Below, piece by piece: positions 7,182 to 15,213 of a stretch of 17,107 nt of DNA; position 1 is the stretch's first letter; each line of letters opens with the position of its first letter. A program made the position numbers and the translations under genes. Origin of the DNA: Candidatus Woesearchaeota archaeon (GTDB lineage Archaea > Nanobdellota > Nanobdellia > Pacearchaeales > GW2011-AR1); assembly GCA_964530955.1 (NCBI GenBank), contig CAZHCL010000016.1, positions 1 to 17,107 of the forward strand. Direction: 5' to 3'. Under the pieces are notes generated by a model, which searched no databases, was not told the origin of the DNA, and was given only the letters and a program-made list of their open reading frames with translations.

Positions 7182-7673
7182 ATGATTGCCTATGACGAAA
7201 ATCAGGTGCATTATCTTGTTGTTACTGGGATAATTGTGAGAGATGGAAAATATCTTATAGCTAAAAGGGCTGACTGGGAAAAAGCCTTCCCTGGAAGATG
7301 GTCTGTTCCTGGAGGAAAATTAAAAGTTTCTGATTACATTAATAAGCCAAAAGATACTGAACATCATTGGTATAATATATTTGAAAATGTTGTAATAAGA
7401 GAAGCAAAAGAAGAAACAGGTCTCGACATAACAGAAATAGGATACATAACAAGCATGATTTACATAAGACCTGATGGAATACCTTGCATAATTGTCAGCC
7501 TTTACGCAAACTCTCCCTCGGGAGAAGTCAAGCTTAATAGTGCACTGACAGAATACAGATGGGTAAACATACAAGAGGCAAGAAGTTCTGACCTAATTGA
7601 CGGAATTTATGAAGAGCTTCTTATTCTTGATAATTTTCTAAAAACAGGCAAGATGACTGGTTGGAAGAAATGA
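7182..7673 (+). CDS. Nudix hydrolase with an insertion inside the Nudix box (start revised to 7182, 163 aa)
   Basis: 'VTGIIVRDGKYLIAKR...FPGRWSVPGGK[LKVSDYINKPKDTEHHWYNIF]ENVVIREAKEETGL' retains the REUxEExGU catalytic helix. Confidence 0.9.
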   Translation: MIAYDENQVHYLVVTGIIVRDGKYLIAKRADWEKAFPGRWSVPGGKLKVSDYINKPKDTEHHWYNIFENVVIREAKEETGLDITEIGYITSMIYIRPDGIPCIIVSLYANSPSGEVKLNSALTEYRWVNIQEARSSDLIDGIYEELLILDNFLKTGKMTGWKK

Positions 7674-7681
7674 TTATGCAA

Positions 7682-7912
7682 TTAATTTTTAGAACAATAC
7701 ATTACCAGTTTGCTTCTATCTATCTCTACTCTGCTTGATTTATAGGTCTGAGGAGGCTTGCCATCTAAAGAAACACGATAAGTTGCATCGTTAATCACAA
7801 GAAACTGATGATTCATACTTTCAAACTTCCCTTCTATTTCTAATAAATGCCCATTACTTCCAGTAGATACATATGCCCTGATATCGTGGCCCGATCCTAT
7901 TTCTTTAACCAT
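7682..7912 (-). CDS. Small beta-rich protein (76 aa), possibly Sm/LSm-like fold
   Basis: 'IEGKFESMNHQFLVINDA' resembles an Sm1 motif and 'VEIDRSKLVMY' an Sm2 motif. TATA-like CTTAAATA 28 nt upstream. Confidence 0.55.
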   Translation of the reverse strand: MVKEIGSGHDIRAYVSTGSNGHLLEIEGKFESMNHQFLVINDATYRVSLDGKPPQTYKSSRVEIDRSKLVMYCSKN

Positions 7913-7990
7913 TTAACCCTAAAAAATGTAGGGTATTTAAGAATTTGTATAGATGCGTCCTATTTATGATTGTCTATCAAAGATTTAATC

Positions 7991-8359
7991 TTAGAGCTTT
8001 GAAATAGAGAAAACCGTCTTTATTACTACCACAATAGTTGCAGGCACGAAGAGAGCAAGCAAAGTCTGCAAGACAGATGAAATTATATGTCCAATATCAA
8101 ATCCGTTTATAGCTGCTCCGATGACAAGTCCAGATATTCCCATATAACTTACTATAACGAGAGAAACTGCAGCGAGAAGGAATGTCTGAACGTCTTTCTC
8201 CGCAACGAAAAAACCGACCAATACTCCGAGAACTGAAAGAATAAGAAGAATAAGGGGGCTTATACTTCCGCTGACAAAAAATCCAACTGCAATTGCAAGA
8301 ATAATTCCTATAACAAATGCCCACGCGCCTATTAAATTTTCTCTTGCTCTTATCGCCAT
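7991..8359 (-). CDS. Small polytopic membrane protein (122 aa, about 4 TM)
   Basis: Four hydrophobic segments; transcribed divergently from the surface-protein gene. Confidence 0.8.
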   Translation of the reverse strand: MAIRARENLIGAWAFVIGIILAIAVGFFVSGSISPLILLILSVLGVLVGFFVAEKDVQTFLLAAVSLVIVSYMGISGLVIGAAINGFDIGHIISSVLQTLLALFVPATIVVVIKTVFSISKL

Positions 8360-8510
8360 TTTATTTTACCAAATATGCTTTTCAATGCACATATTCGAGG
8401 ATAATGATTTATTTAAATTCTCCCATCGCCATAAAAATATGGAAAAAGTTAATATTTCTGGAACAGCGAAAGATTTAAATACTATAGTAATTCAAAAGTT
8501 ACAACACAAA

Positions 8511-10118
8511 ATGAACACTAAAAATATTGCATTGGTTTTATTGTCCGTATTTCTCATTTTAGGGCTAACAAGTGCATTGACTCTTAGCGGTCCAAATCCA
8601 TCACCTTTGAATCTTGGAGACAATCAAACAGTTATCACACTTGGAAATGACCAGAATCTTTCTGAAAACATTTCTCTTAGTGTTGTAAGCCCTACCTCTG
8701 ACGGATTAAGCTTCAGCGTTTCACCTTCAACTGTTAATAATTTAAATCAGGGACAGACAAAAGACATTACAGTTTCTTTGACAGGAGTTCCTTCTGGACT
8801 TAAGTTCGGACAATATTCAACAATTCTTAGCGCGCAGGGAATAAATTCAAGCGCAAATCAAACAATTAATTTTATCAAGGGATTCTGCAAGTTCCCTTCA
8901 CAGGCAACAAATAATAATCTAACAATAACAAGAGTAGATATAAAGAGCACAGGAAAAGATGACTTGACCTGGCAACCTCTTGACACCATTACTGTTCAGG
9001 TTAAAGTAAGCAATGACGGAGACACCGACATGAGCAGCGTTTATGTTGAATTAGGAGTATTTGACTCTAATGGCAGAAATGCAGTAAGCGACCTAAGTTT
9101 CACAAGTTCTGATGCAGAGAAAATAAAGGTAGGAACAATCAATCATGGAAATGACAAGACAGCAACATTCGAATTCACAGTACCTGCAGACTTCAATGAC
9201 GGAGCCTACAGACTTGCTGTAAAGGCTTATACAAGAAGTGACTCAGCAGGAAATGACTGCGTTGACCAGTCAAGTGACTTGGATAATACATTCTATCAAA
9301 CAATAAGTGCTGAAAAACAAGATCAAGATTCAAAGCTTATTGCATTCGATAATGTAGTAGTCAGTCCATCTCAGGCAACATGCGGAGACCAAGTTACTGT
9401 TTCAACAGATGCAGTTAACGTAGGAAATGATGATCAGGATAGAGTTAAGTTTAATCTGGTAAGCAAAGAACTTGGAGTTGATTTGTCAAATGAAGTTACC
9501 CAAGGATTGAATTCAGGAGACAATAAACAGACCTCATTCACATTCACTGTCCCTCAAGGATTAGCTGACAAGATATACAAGCTTGAGTTAAGCTCAGACT
9601 ATGATTACAGAAGCAATGACTATCATCTTTCCTCAGATAATACTGATGTCGTATTGCAAGTTCTAGGTTGCAATGTTCAATCAAATTCAAACCAGATTGC
9701 GAACATAGCTGCTTCATTGACTTCAAGTGCAAATGCAGGACAGCCAATGACAATAAGTTCAGTAATAACAAACGTTGGAAATTCAACACAATCATATGTT
9801 TTGGAAGCAACTGGCTATGATTCATGGGCACAATTGTCAAGCATGTCAGACAGAGTTTTGACTCTTACACCTGGTCAGAGCAAAGCAGTAACATTAAACT
9901 TTAATGTCAACAAGGATGCTTCAGGAGAGCAATCATTCACAATCACAGCAACAAGCAATGGAAAGACGGAATCAAGAGATGTTGCAGTTAATATTGGTGC
10001 AAGTTCTTCAGGAAGTTCATTTTTCGGAAACAATGCATTGGTTTGGGTTATTGGATTAATCAACCTAGTACTGATAATCGTAATCATAATTGTTGCCGTA
10101 AAGTTATCAAGAAGATAA
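8511..10118 (+). CDS. Secreted multi-Ig (CARDB-like) surface glycoprotein with a C-terminal TM anchor; putative S-layer-associated protein (start revised to 8511, 535 aa)
   Basis: Signal peptide 'MNTKNIALVLLSVFLILGLTSA'; about 4 tandem beta-sandwich repeats (e.g. 'TATFEFTVPADFNDGAYRL', 'QTSFTFTVPQGLADKIYKL'); many N-x-S/T sequons; Ser/Gly linker, TM helix and KLSRR at the C-terminus. Confidence 0.85.
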   Translation: MNTKNIALVLLSVFLILGLTSALTLSGPNPSPLNLGDNQTVITLGNDQNLSENISLSVVSPTSDGLSFSVSPSTVNNLNQGQTKDITVSLTGVPSGLKFGQYSTILSAQGINSSANQTINFIKGFCKFPSQATNNNLTITRVDIKSTGKDDLTWQPLDTITVQVKVSNDGDTDMSSVYVELGVFDSNGRNAVSDLSFTSSDAEKIKVGTINHGNDKTATFEFTVPADFNDGAYRLAVKAYTRSDSAGNDCVDQSSDLDNTFYQTISAEKQDQDSKLIAFDNVVVSPSQATCGDQVTVSTDAVNVGNDDQDRVKFNLVSKELGVDLSNEVTQGLNSGDNKQTSFTFTVPQGLADKIYKLELSSDYDYRSNDYHLSSDNTDVVLQVLGCNVQSNSNQIANIAASLTSSANAGQPMTISSVITNVGNSTQSYVLEATGYDSWAQLSSMSDRVLTLTPGQSKAVTLNFNVNKDASGEQSFTITATSNGKTESRDVAVNIGASSSGSSFFGNNALVWVIGLINLVLIIVIIIVAVKLSRR

Positions 10119-10168
10119 TTTTTCTTTTTCAGCAGTAGATTCTTAAACTTGTTATTTCTTAATATTTT

Positions 10169-10711
10169 ATGAACCATAAAGAGCTAACTTCTCTGCTTAT
10201 AAGATACATTTTTCTTATTGCCCTTGTCTTTCTCGGATTAGATTTGATATCCTATTTGTTGACTCCCACAACAATTTACCTTTCCCTGCAACTAATAAAA
10301 TTGGTTTATCACAATTCAGTTCTTCTTACGGGAACACAAACCCTGTTCGTAAATGGTAATTATATCACTCTTATAAGCGCCTGCATTGCAATAGCAGCCT
10401 ATTATTTACTAATCTTCCTGAATCTGACAACGCCCATGAGCTTAGCAGCGAGAACAAAGAGTCTTGCTTTCCTTATTCTTTCATTTTTAATACTTAATAT
10501 AATAAGAATATTTATTTTCACCATTCTATTTGTATCTGGATATTCTTTCTTCGACCTTGCACATGAAATTGTATGGTATGCTGGAAGCACGCTCCTTCTA
10601 GTCATATTGTGGTTTGCCAATGTATTGCTCTTTAGAATAAAAGAAATCCCCATTTATTCAGACATAAAAGAGATACTAAGAGATGTAAAAAATAAAAAAA
10701 AGATAATGTAA
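10169..10711 (+). CDS. Archaeosortase/exosortase-family transpeptidase (pacearchaeosortase-like)
   Basis: Polytopic membrane protein with the family Cys-Arg-His triad: 'ITLISAC', 'LNIIRI', 'FDLAH'. Confidence 0.88.
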   Translation: MNHKELTSLLIRYIFLIALVFLGLDLISYLLTPTTIYLSLQLIKLVYHNSVLLTGTQTLFVNGNYITLISACIAIAAYYLLIFLNLTTPMSLAARTKSLAFLILSFLILNIIRIFIFTILFVSGYSFFDLAHEIVWYAGSTLLLVILWFANVLLFRIKEIPIYSDIKEILRDVKNKKKIM

Positions 10712-10743
10712 AAGTCTAAAAATAGCTAATTATTATATATTAC

Positions 10744-11358
10744 ATGGCAGGCATTTTTACACAGATAGCAGAATATCTAATAATGACCATAGGCACGCTT
10801 GGCTATCCAGGTATTTTTGTTTTAATGGCTATTGAAAGCACGATATTCCCTCTTCCTAGCGAGCTTGTACTTATCCCTGCAGGAGTTCTCATGCAAAGAG
10901 GAGAGCTAAGCCTAATTCCAATAATAGTGGCCAGCTGTCTTGGAAGCCTCTTTGGAGCACTCGTAATGTATTACCTTTCTCTCTATTTAGGAAGAAAAGC
11001 AATTGACCTTCTTGTTGTAAAGTATGGAAAATTCCTTTTTCTTACAGAAGATTCTTTCCTAAAGGCAGAATTATTTTTCAAAAAACATGGAGAAATTACC
11101 ATATTTTTGAGTAGGCTTTTGCCTTTCATAAGACATCTGATTTCAATACCTGCGGGTTTCTCAAAAATGAATGTATTTAAGTTTTCACTTTACACTCTTT
11201 TGGGAGCCGCATTCTGGTCCATAATATTAGTTTATCTAGGATATTTTCTAGGTCAGGCAGCCGCATTGAATAATCTTTCTTTGGTAATTACAACATTAAT
11301 TATTCTTTCCGCAATAATTGTTTCTCTTTACATATTTATGAAAAGAAAGAAAGATTAA
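10744..11358 (+). CDS. dedA: DedA family membrane protein
   Basis: 'MAIESTIFPLPSELVLIPAG', 'GSLFGALVMYYL', 'FFKKHGEITIFLSRLLPFIRHLISIPAG' and 'FSLYTLLGAAFW'. Confidence 0.95.
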   Translation: MAGIFTQIAEYLIMTIGTLGYPGIFVLMAIESTIFPLPSELVLIPAGVLMQRGELSLIPIIVASCLGSLFGALVMYYLSLYLGRKAIDLLVVKYGKFLFLTEDSFLKAELFFKKHGEITIFLSRLLPFIRHLISIPAGFSKMNVFKFSLYTLLGAAFWSIILVYLGYFLGQAAALNNLSLVITTLIILSAIIVSLYIFMKRKKD

Positions 11359-11394
11359 TAGTTAGATAAATTAATTCAGGAATATTAATAAAAT

Positions 11395-12105
11395 TTATTG
11401 AGAGAAAGTAGAAATAACACTTGCCTTTTTAGCGTCGACAATCGACTGAACTTCAAACTTTTCAACGCCGTCCAATATTCCCTGACAATCAGCTATTTCC
11501 AGATTATAGCATTGATCATTATCTTTTATTATTTGTGTAGTATTTCCCCTAAATATTTTTATAACCATATTATCAGGTCTGTTATTGCATGTAACGTAGG
11601 TTAGATTATTCGCAATAGCTTCCTGCAAATCAAGCACTCCTGTTCTAACTCTATACTGATTGTTTGATAAAAAAGAGCTCAGAGTAGCCGAATCTCTTAA
11701 TATATTGGAACAACCTATCAAACCAGTTGCATTGTAAGTAAGATAAACCGTACTGTTTTTTGGAGGATAAATTATATCTCCCTGCGCAGAAACATTATTT
11801 TGTCTAGGATCGCCCCTCAAAAACAAATTAATTTGATAAATCTGATTTGTTCTGTCTTTGAAATAATAGTAATAATGATAAACAGTTATCTGCCCAAATC
11901 TTTCCTTAGTAAAAGTGAGCCCATCATATTTGAAAGTATTGAACCATTTTGAAATATATGGAATCATGGCTATTAGTGCTATTATAATTATCATAACAAT
12001 AAGTATCCAATATATTTCTTTGTTCACCTTCTTTTCTTTCCTTACATTAATCTTTGGGCTTGCTTTGAAGGCTTTTTTTGCTGATGAATTTTTAACTTCT
12101 GCCAT
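11395..12105 (-). CDS. Single-pass membrane protein with an extracellular Cys-containing domain (236 aa)
   Basis: Basic N-terminus, TM 'IYWILIVMIIIIALIAMIPYI', several N-x-S/T sequons; the C-terminal Cys motif is shared with 12106..12663. Confidence 0.8.
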   Translation of the reverse strand: MAEVKNSSAKKAFKASPKINVRKEKKVNKEIYWILIVMIIIIALIAMIPYISKWFNTFKYDGLTFTKERFGQITVYHYYYYFKDRTNQIYQINLFLRGDPRQNNVSAQGDIIYPPKNSTVYLTYNATGLIGCSNILRDSATLSSFLSNNQYRVRTGVLDLQEAIANNLTYVTCNNRPDNMVIKIFRGNTTQIIKDNDQCYNLEIADCQGILDGVEKFEVQSIVDAKKASVISTFSQ

Positions 12106-12663
12106 TTATCTAAGACTGAATAGGTTATATAAAAAACTATCGACTGCTCTCATATCTCCCTCTATAAAAACACAACTTCTATTCTGATAAACCCTGTTCT
12201 GATCTCCAAGAGTATAAACTATTAAATTATCATCACAGGTTTTTTGTGGATAGTCTGAGTTATTACAATTAGAATAGCACCCATGTTGTACTCTTTGACT
12301 GTATAATCCTAAAGTAGAACCTATTTCGTAATATACTGCATCGCTGCCATTAGAATCAATATAAAGTGGCTTGTTGGAAAACTGGCCAAGACTTGACAAG
12401 ATAGATAACTGAGTGACATTTGTAGAAGAAGGAGACTCTGAGAAAATAAGTTGCTGACCATTAATGCTAGCTACCCATCTTCCGCCTATATCTTGTACTC
12501 CACCAGTACTGTTAGAATAAGAAGTAGTAGTGCCACTCGAATTATATATGAAAGCAAAACCAGCGGTGCTTAAAAGCATTATGCCAAAAAGTATGACGCT
12601 GATAACAATATTTCTTTTTTTCTGCTGGGCAGCAAGTTCTTCCTCAGTAAGTATCTTTCTCAT
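12106..12663 (-). CDS. Single-pass membrane protein with an extracellular Cys-containing domain (185 aa)
   Basis: TM 'IVISVILFGIMLLSTAGFAFIY', several sequons; abuts the downstream gene with no gap; TATA TTTTTAAA 29 nt upstream. Confidence 0.8.
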   Translation of the reverse strand: MRKILTEEELAAQQKKRNIVISVILFGIMLLSTAGFAFIYNSSGTTTSYSNSTGGVQDIGGRWVASINGQQLIFSESPSSTNVTQLSILSSLGQFSNKPLYIDSNGSDAVYYEIGSTLGLYSQRVQHGCYSNCNNSDYPQKTCDDNLIVYTLGDQNRVYQNRSCVFIEGDMRAVDSFLYNLFSLR

Positions 12664-12745
12664 ATACTTTATCGGTAATAATAGTTTAAAAATATAATGA
12701 AATTCAAATTAAATCAAAAATTAGACTTCACAGTAGAAAATAACC

Positions 12746-12810
12746 AATAAAAAATAAGAAGAAAAATAAAAAAATAAAAAAAAATAAAGAAAAGAAAAAT
12801 CTTTTCCTTT
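12746..12810 (-). terminator. Long U-rich terminator tract downstream of the S-layer gene
   Basis: About 55 nt of almost pure A on the + strand (U-rich on the transcript) begins just after the S-layer stop codon. Confidence 0.65.
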
Positions 12811-15213
12811 TTAAGCAGTGCTATTTGTAGTAGCCAGAGTTATTGCGTTTGAAACAGTGCCTGTATACTTCTTACCAACTGTTGTATCAACAGATTGGGT
12901 TGTCAAAGCCATTGCTGCATTTGTTGTATCAGGAGCATTATATCCTGCTACAAGTGTAGCTATTTTACCAGCTGCATATGGGGATGCAAATGTTTGGACA
13001 AGGAATGAACCTGATCCTACATTTGTTGCCTGTTGCCAGGCATCACCACATAGTGCGCTGTTGCTACCAAGCAACTTTGCTGCGACTAAGTTTACACAGC
13101 TTCCGCCAACAACAACTAAGTTCTTTCCTGAAACGGAAGAAACTTCGCTATCTGAGACAGATATAGAGCCGAGTGTCTTTACTGAACCGCTGCCTGAACC
13201 TGATGAACCGCCGCTTACGCTTGCGCTTACATCAGTTAATAGTAATGGTCCATAAGATTCTCCGCCATGATATGTCAAAGTAGCTGTTTGCTGGTCAGGT
13301 CCTTGATCCCAAGCAACTTGCGTAGCAAGTGCTGAGTAAGAAGTTCCCTGGAAGACGTTCGAGCTTTGTAACTCATCAAAGTTAGATCCTGAACCACTAA
13401 AGGCTGCATTACTTACTGTAACGTAACCCTTTGATGTGATTCCTAATGTCAATGTGACATTATTTCCAACTCCGATGTTTCCATCCTTATCCTCTTCTGA
13501 GAATACAAGATTTAACGAGCTAGTTTTTGTAGCACCTGTTGCATTAAACACTCCTGCTCCACTAGAAGTCAAAGTTGAATTGACATAAGGTAAATAAACT
13601 TTCAATCCCTGTACAGTGTAAAGGGTGTGGAAGTTTGTATTAGAATCGCTGTTAGTTAAAACAACGCTTCTGCCATTCTTATCAATTGCTCCAACTCCTA
13701 ATTGGACATTACCTAAGACTACTGTATCTCCGTTCTTATATGTTCCAACATCTTTTCCAGTTATTCTGTTCTTGATTGTTGTTACATTATTGTTGCTAGT
13801 ATCTTGATTAAAGTTATCAGCATACAATACATAAGATTCGGAATCCTTTCCATTTGCCCAAGAGGCAATAAAGTTCTCAGCTGTATCTGCGTCATAAGTA
13901 ATATTGTTCGCTCCAGACGTTATCAATTGTCTGGTGAAGTCCTTTCCAGTAACTGTGAAGTTATTGTCAGTTGCATTATTGCTTAAGATGCTAAGTTGAG
14001 CTGCTCCATCCTTGATAGGTGCGTTAAGTTGAACAGTATATTTACCATCACTAACTACATCTGTCATCTCTTGTGTAGGGAAAGACATTCCCGGGAAAGA
14101 TAGCTTAAGAGCTCCAAAACCAGGCATTACAAGACTATTGTTAGGTGTGATAAACTGACGACCGTCAGATTTCCACTGAAGAACTATTTTGTTCAGCTTT
14201 GTCCCTGTAGAGTCATTGATTACATGAGCAACTAAACCATTGACGGAATTGTCGTTAAGTTGAACGTCTGAACCGTCCTGCAAGATAAGCTTGCCTGCGC
14301 CAACGCTAAGTTCTGCGTGGCTGACAGCTGCATCCTTGGACTTGTAAATAACGTCTTTAACTCCAATATAAACTCCATCAGTGATCTTATAGGTTGCACC
14401 TATATCTAAGCTACTTGATGTCTTTCCGGCAATAGATAATTTTACCTTATTGTCAGATGTTACATCAGTTACAGTGATATCATATGTACTGTTTCCAACT
14501 GTTACGCTCTTGGTTTCACCTTCATTAAACGATTGTGTTGAAGCTGAATCAAGGAAAGTTACAGATTGGCTACCAGATGCATTATTTTCGCTAAGAACAA
14601 GATAGTTCTTACCCATCAAATTAATATCACTATTCTTTAAGTTGTCATTAAATGCTGGATTGGTACTAAAAGTAAGTGTGTAATTCAAGATTGGATCTCC
14701 TGAATTCAACTTTACTCCTAATGTAGGTGTGTCTGCTATATAAGCTGAATCATCAAACTGGGTTATTGATAAGTTTTCTACATCAATCTTTTGAGTGTAG
14801 TCCTGATCTTTGTTATCACCATTACTGGTGAATACTCCATCTGCGAGCAATGTTGGCATGTCACTACTTGTGACGGACCTTCCGAATACATCGGAAATTC
14901 CACTGCCTAAATGTTGCTTGCTTGATGGTCTATCAAGTTCAACGCTATCTCCTCCAGTTACTGATACGCTTGAGCTTCCACTACCTGTTACAGCAGTTTG
15001 TGCTGCTAATTTCGCCTGTAAGTCAGTGTTTATATCACCGACAGCAACAAGATCTGTTACAGCAGCATTTGAGCCATAAACGATAGCTACGTCAGCTGAA
15101 CCACTCTGAACGAATGGAGCTGGATAGTTCGCGGCAGCTGCCAATGCTAGAGTTGACCCTAACATTACAGTACTTGTTAAAACAGACGCAATCTTTCTGA
15201 AATTTAATTTCAT
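12811..15213 (-). CDS. S-layer protein (800 aa; Methanococcales/Thermococcales-type N- and C-terminal S-layer domains)
   Basis: Signal 'MKLNFRKIASVLTSTVMLGSTLALAAA'; N-domain 'YPAPFV...DVAIVYGSNAAVTDLVAVGDI'; C-domain 'KNLVVVGGSCVNLVAAKLL...LVAGYNAPDT'; many N-x-S/T sequons; no C-terminal TM helix. Confidence 0.92.
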   Translation of the reverse strand: MKLNFRKIASVLTSTVMLGSTLALAAAANYPAPFVQSGSADVAIVYGSNAAVTDLVAVGDINTDLQAKLAAQTAVTGSGSSSVSVTGGDSVELDRPSSKQHLGSGISDVFGRSVTSSDMPTLLADGVFTSNGDNKDQDYTQKIDVENLSITQFDDSAYIADTPTLGVKLNSGDPILNYTLTFSTNPAFNDNLKNSDINLMGKNYLVLSENNASGSQSVTFLDSASTQSFNEGETKSVTVGNSTYDITVTDVTSDNKVKLSIAGKTSSSLDIGATYKITDGVYIGVKDVIYKSKDAAVSHAELSVGAGKLILQDGSDVQLNDNSVNGLVAHVINDSTGTKLNKIVLQWKSDGRQFITPNNSLVMPGFGALKLSFPGMSFPTQEMTDVVSDGKYTVQLNAPIKDGAAQLSILSNNATDNNFTVTGKDFTRQLITSGANNITYDADTAENFIASWANGKDSESYVLYADNFNQDTSNNNVTTIKNRITGKDVGTYKNGDTVVLGNVQLGVGAIDKNGRSVVLTNSDSNTNFHTLYTVQGLKVYLPYVNSTLTSSGAGVFNATGATKTSSLNLVFSEEDKDGNIGVGNNVTLTLGITSKGYVTVSNAAFSGSGSNFDELQSSNVFQGTSYSALATQVAWDQGPDQQTATLTYHGGESYGPLLLTDVSASVSGGSSGSGSGSVKTLGSISVSDSEVSSVSGKNLVVVGGSCVNLVAAKLLGSNSALCGDAWQQATNVGSGSFLVQTFASPYAAGKIATLVAGYNAPDTTNAAMALTTQSVDTTVGKKYTGTVSNAITLATTNSTA

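Noticed and set aside
7916-7934. Inverted repeat ACCCTA-N7-TAGGGT upstream of the 76-aa gene as an operator
   Set aside because: Only 6 bp per arm, and one arm overlaps the CCC that follows several TATA boxes here (e.g. 1641, 4240). It could easily be chance or part of the promoter.
8385-8510. 42-aa N-terminal extension of the surface protein (similarly 7128..7211, 7170..7181 and 17069..17101 for their genes)
   Set aside because: The signal peptides, domain starts and TATA positions fit the downstream ATGs; the extensions run through promoter DNA.
12746-12800. A-rich tract as a microsatellite or assembly artefact
   Set aside because: It is not periodic, and its position and strand fit a U-rich terminator for the S-layer gene.
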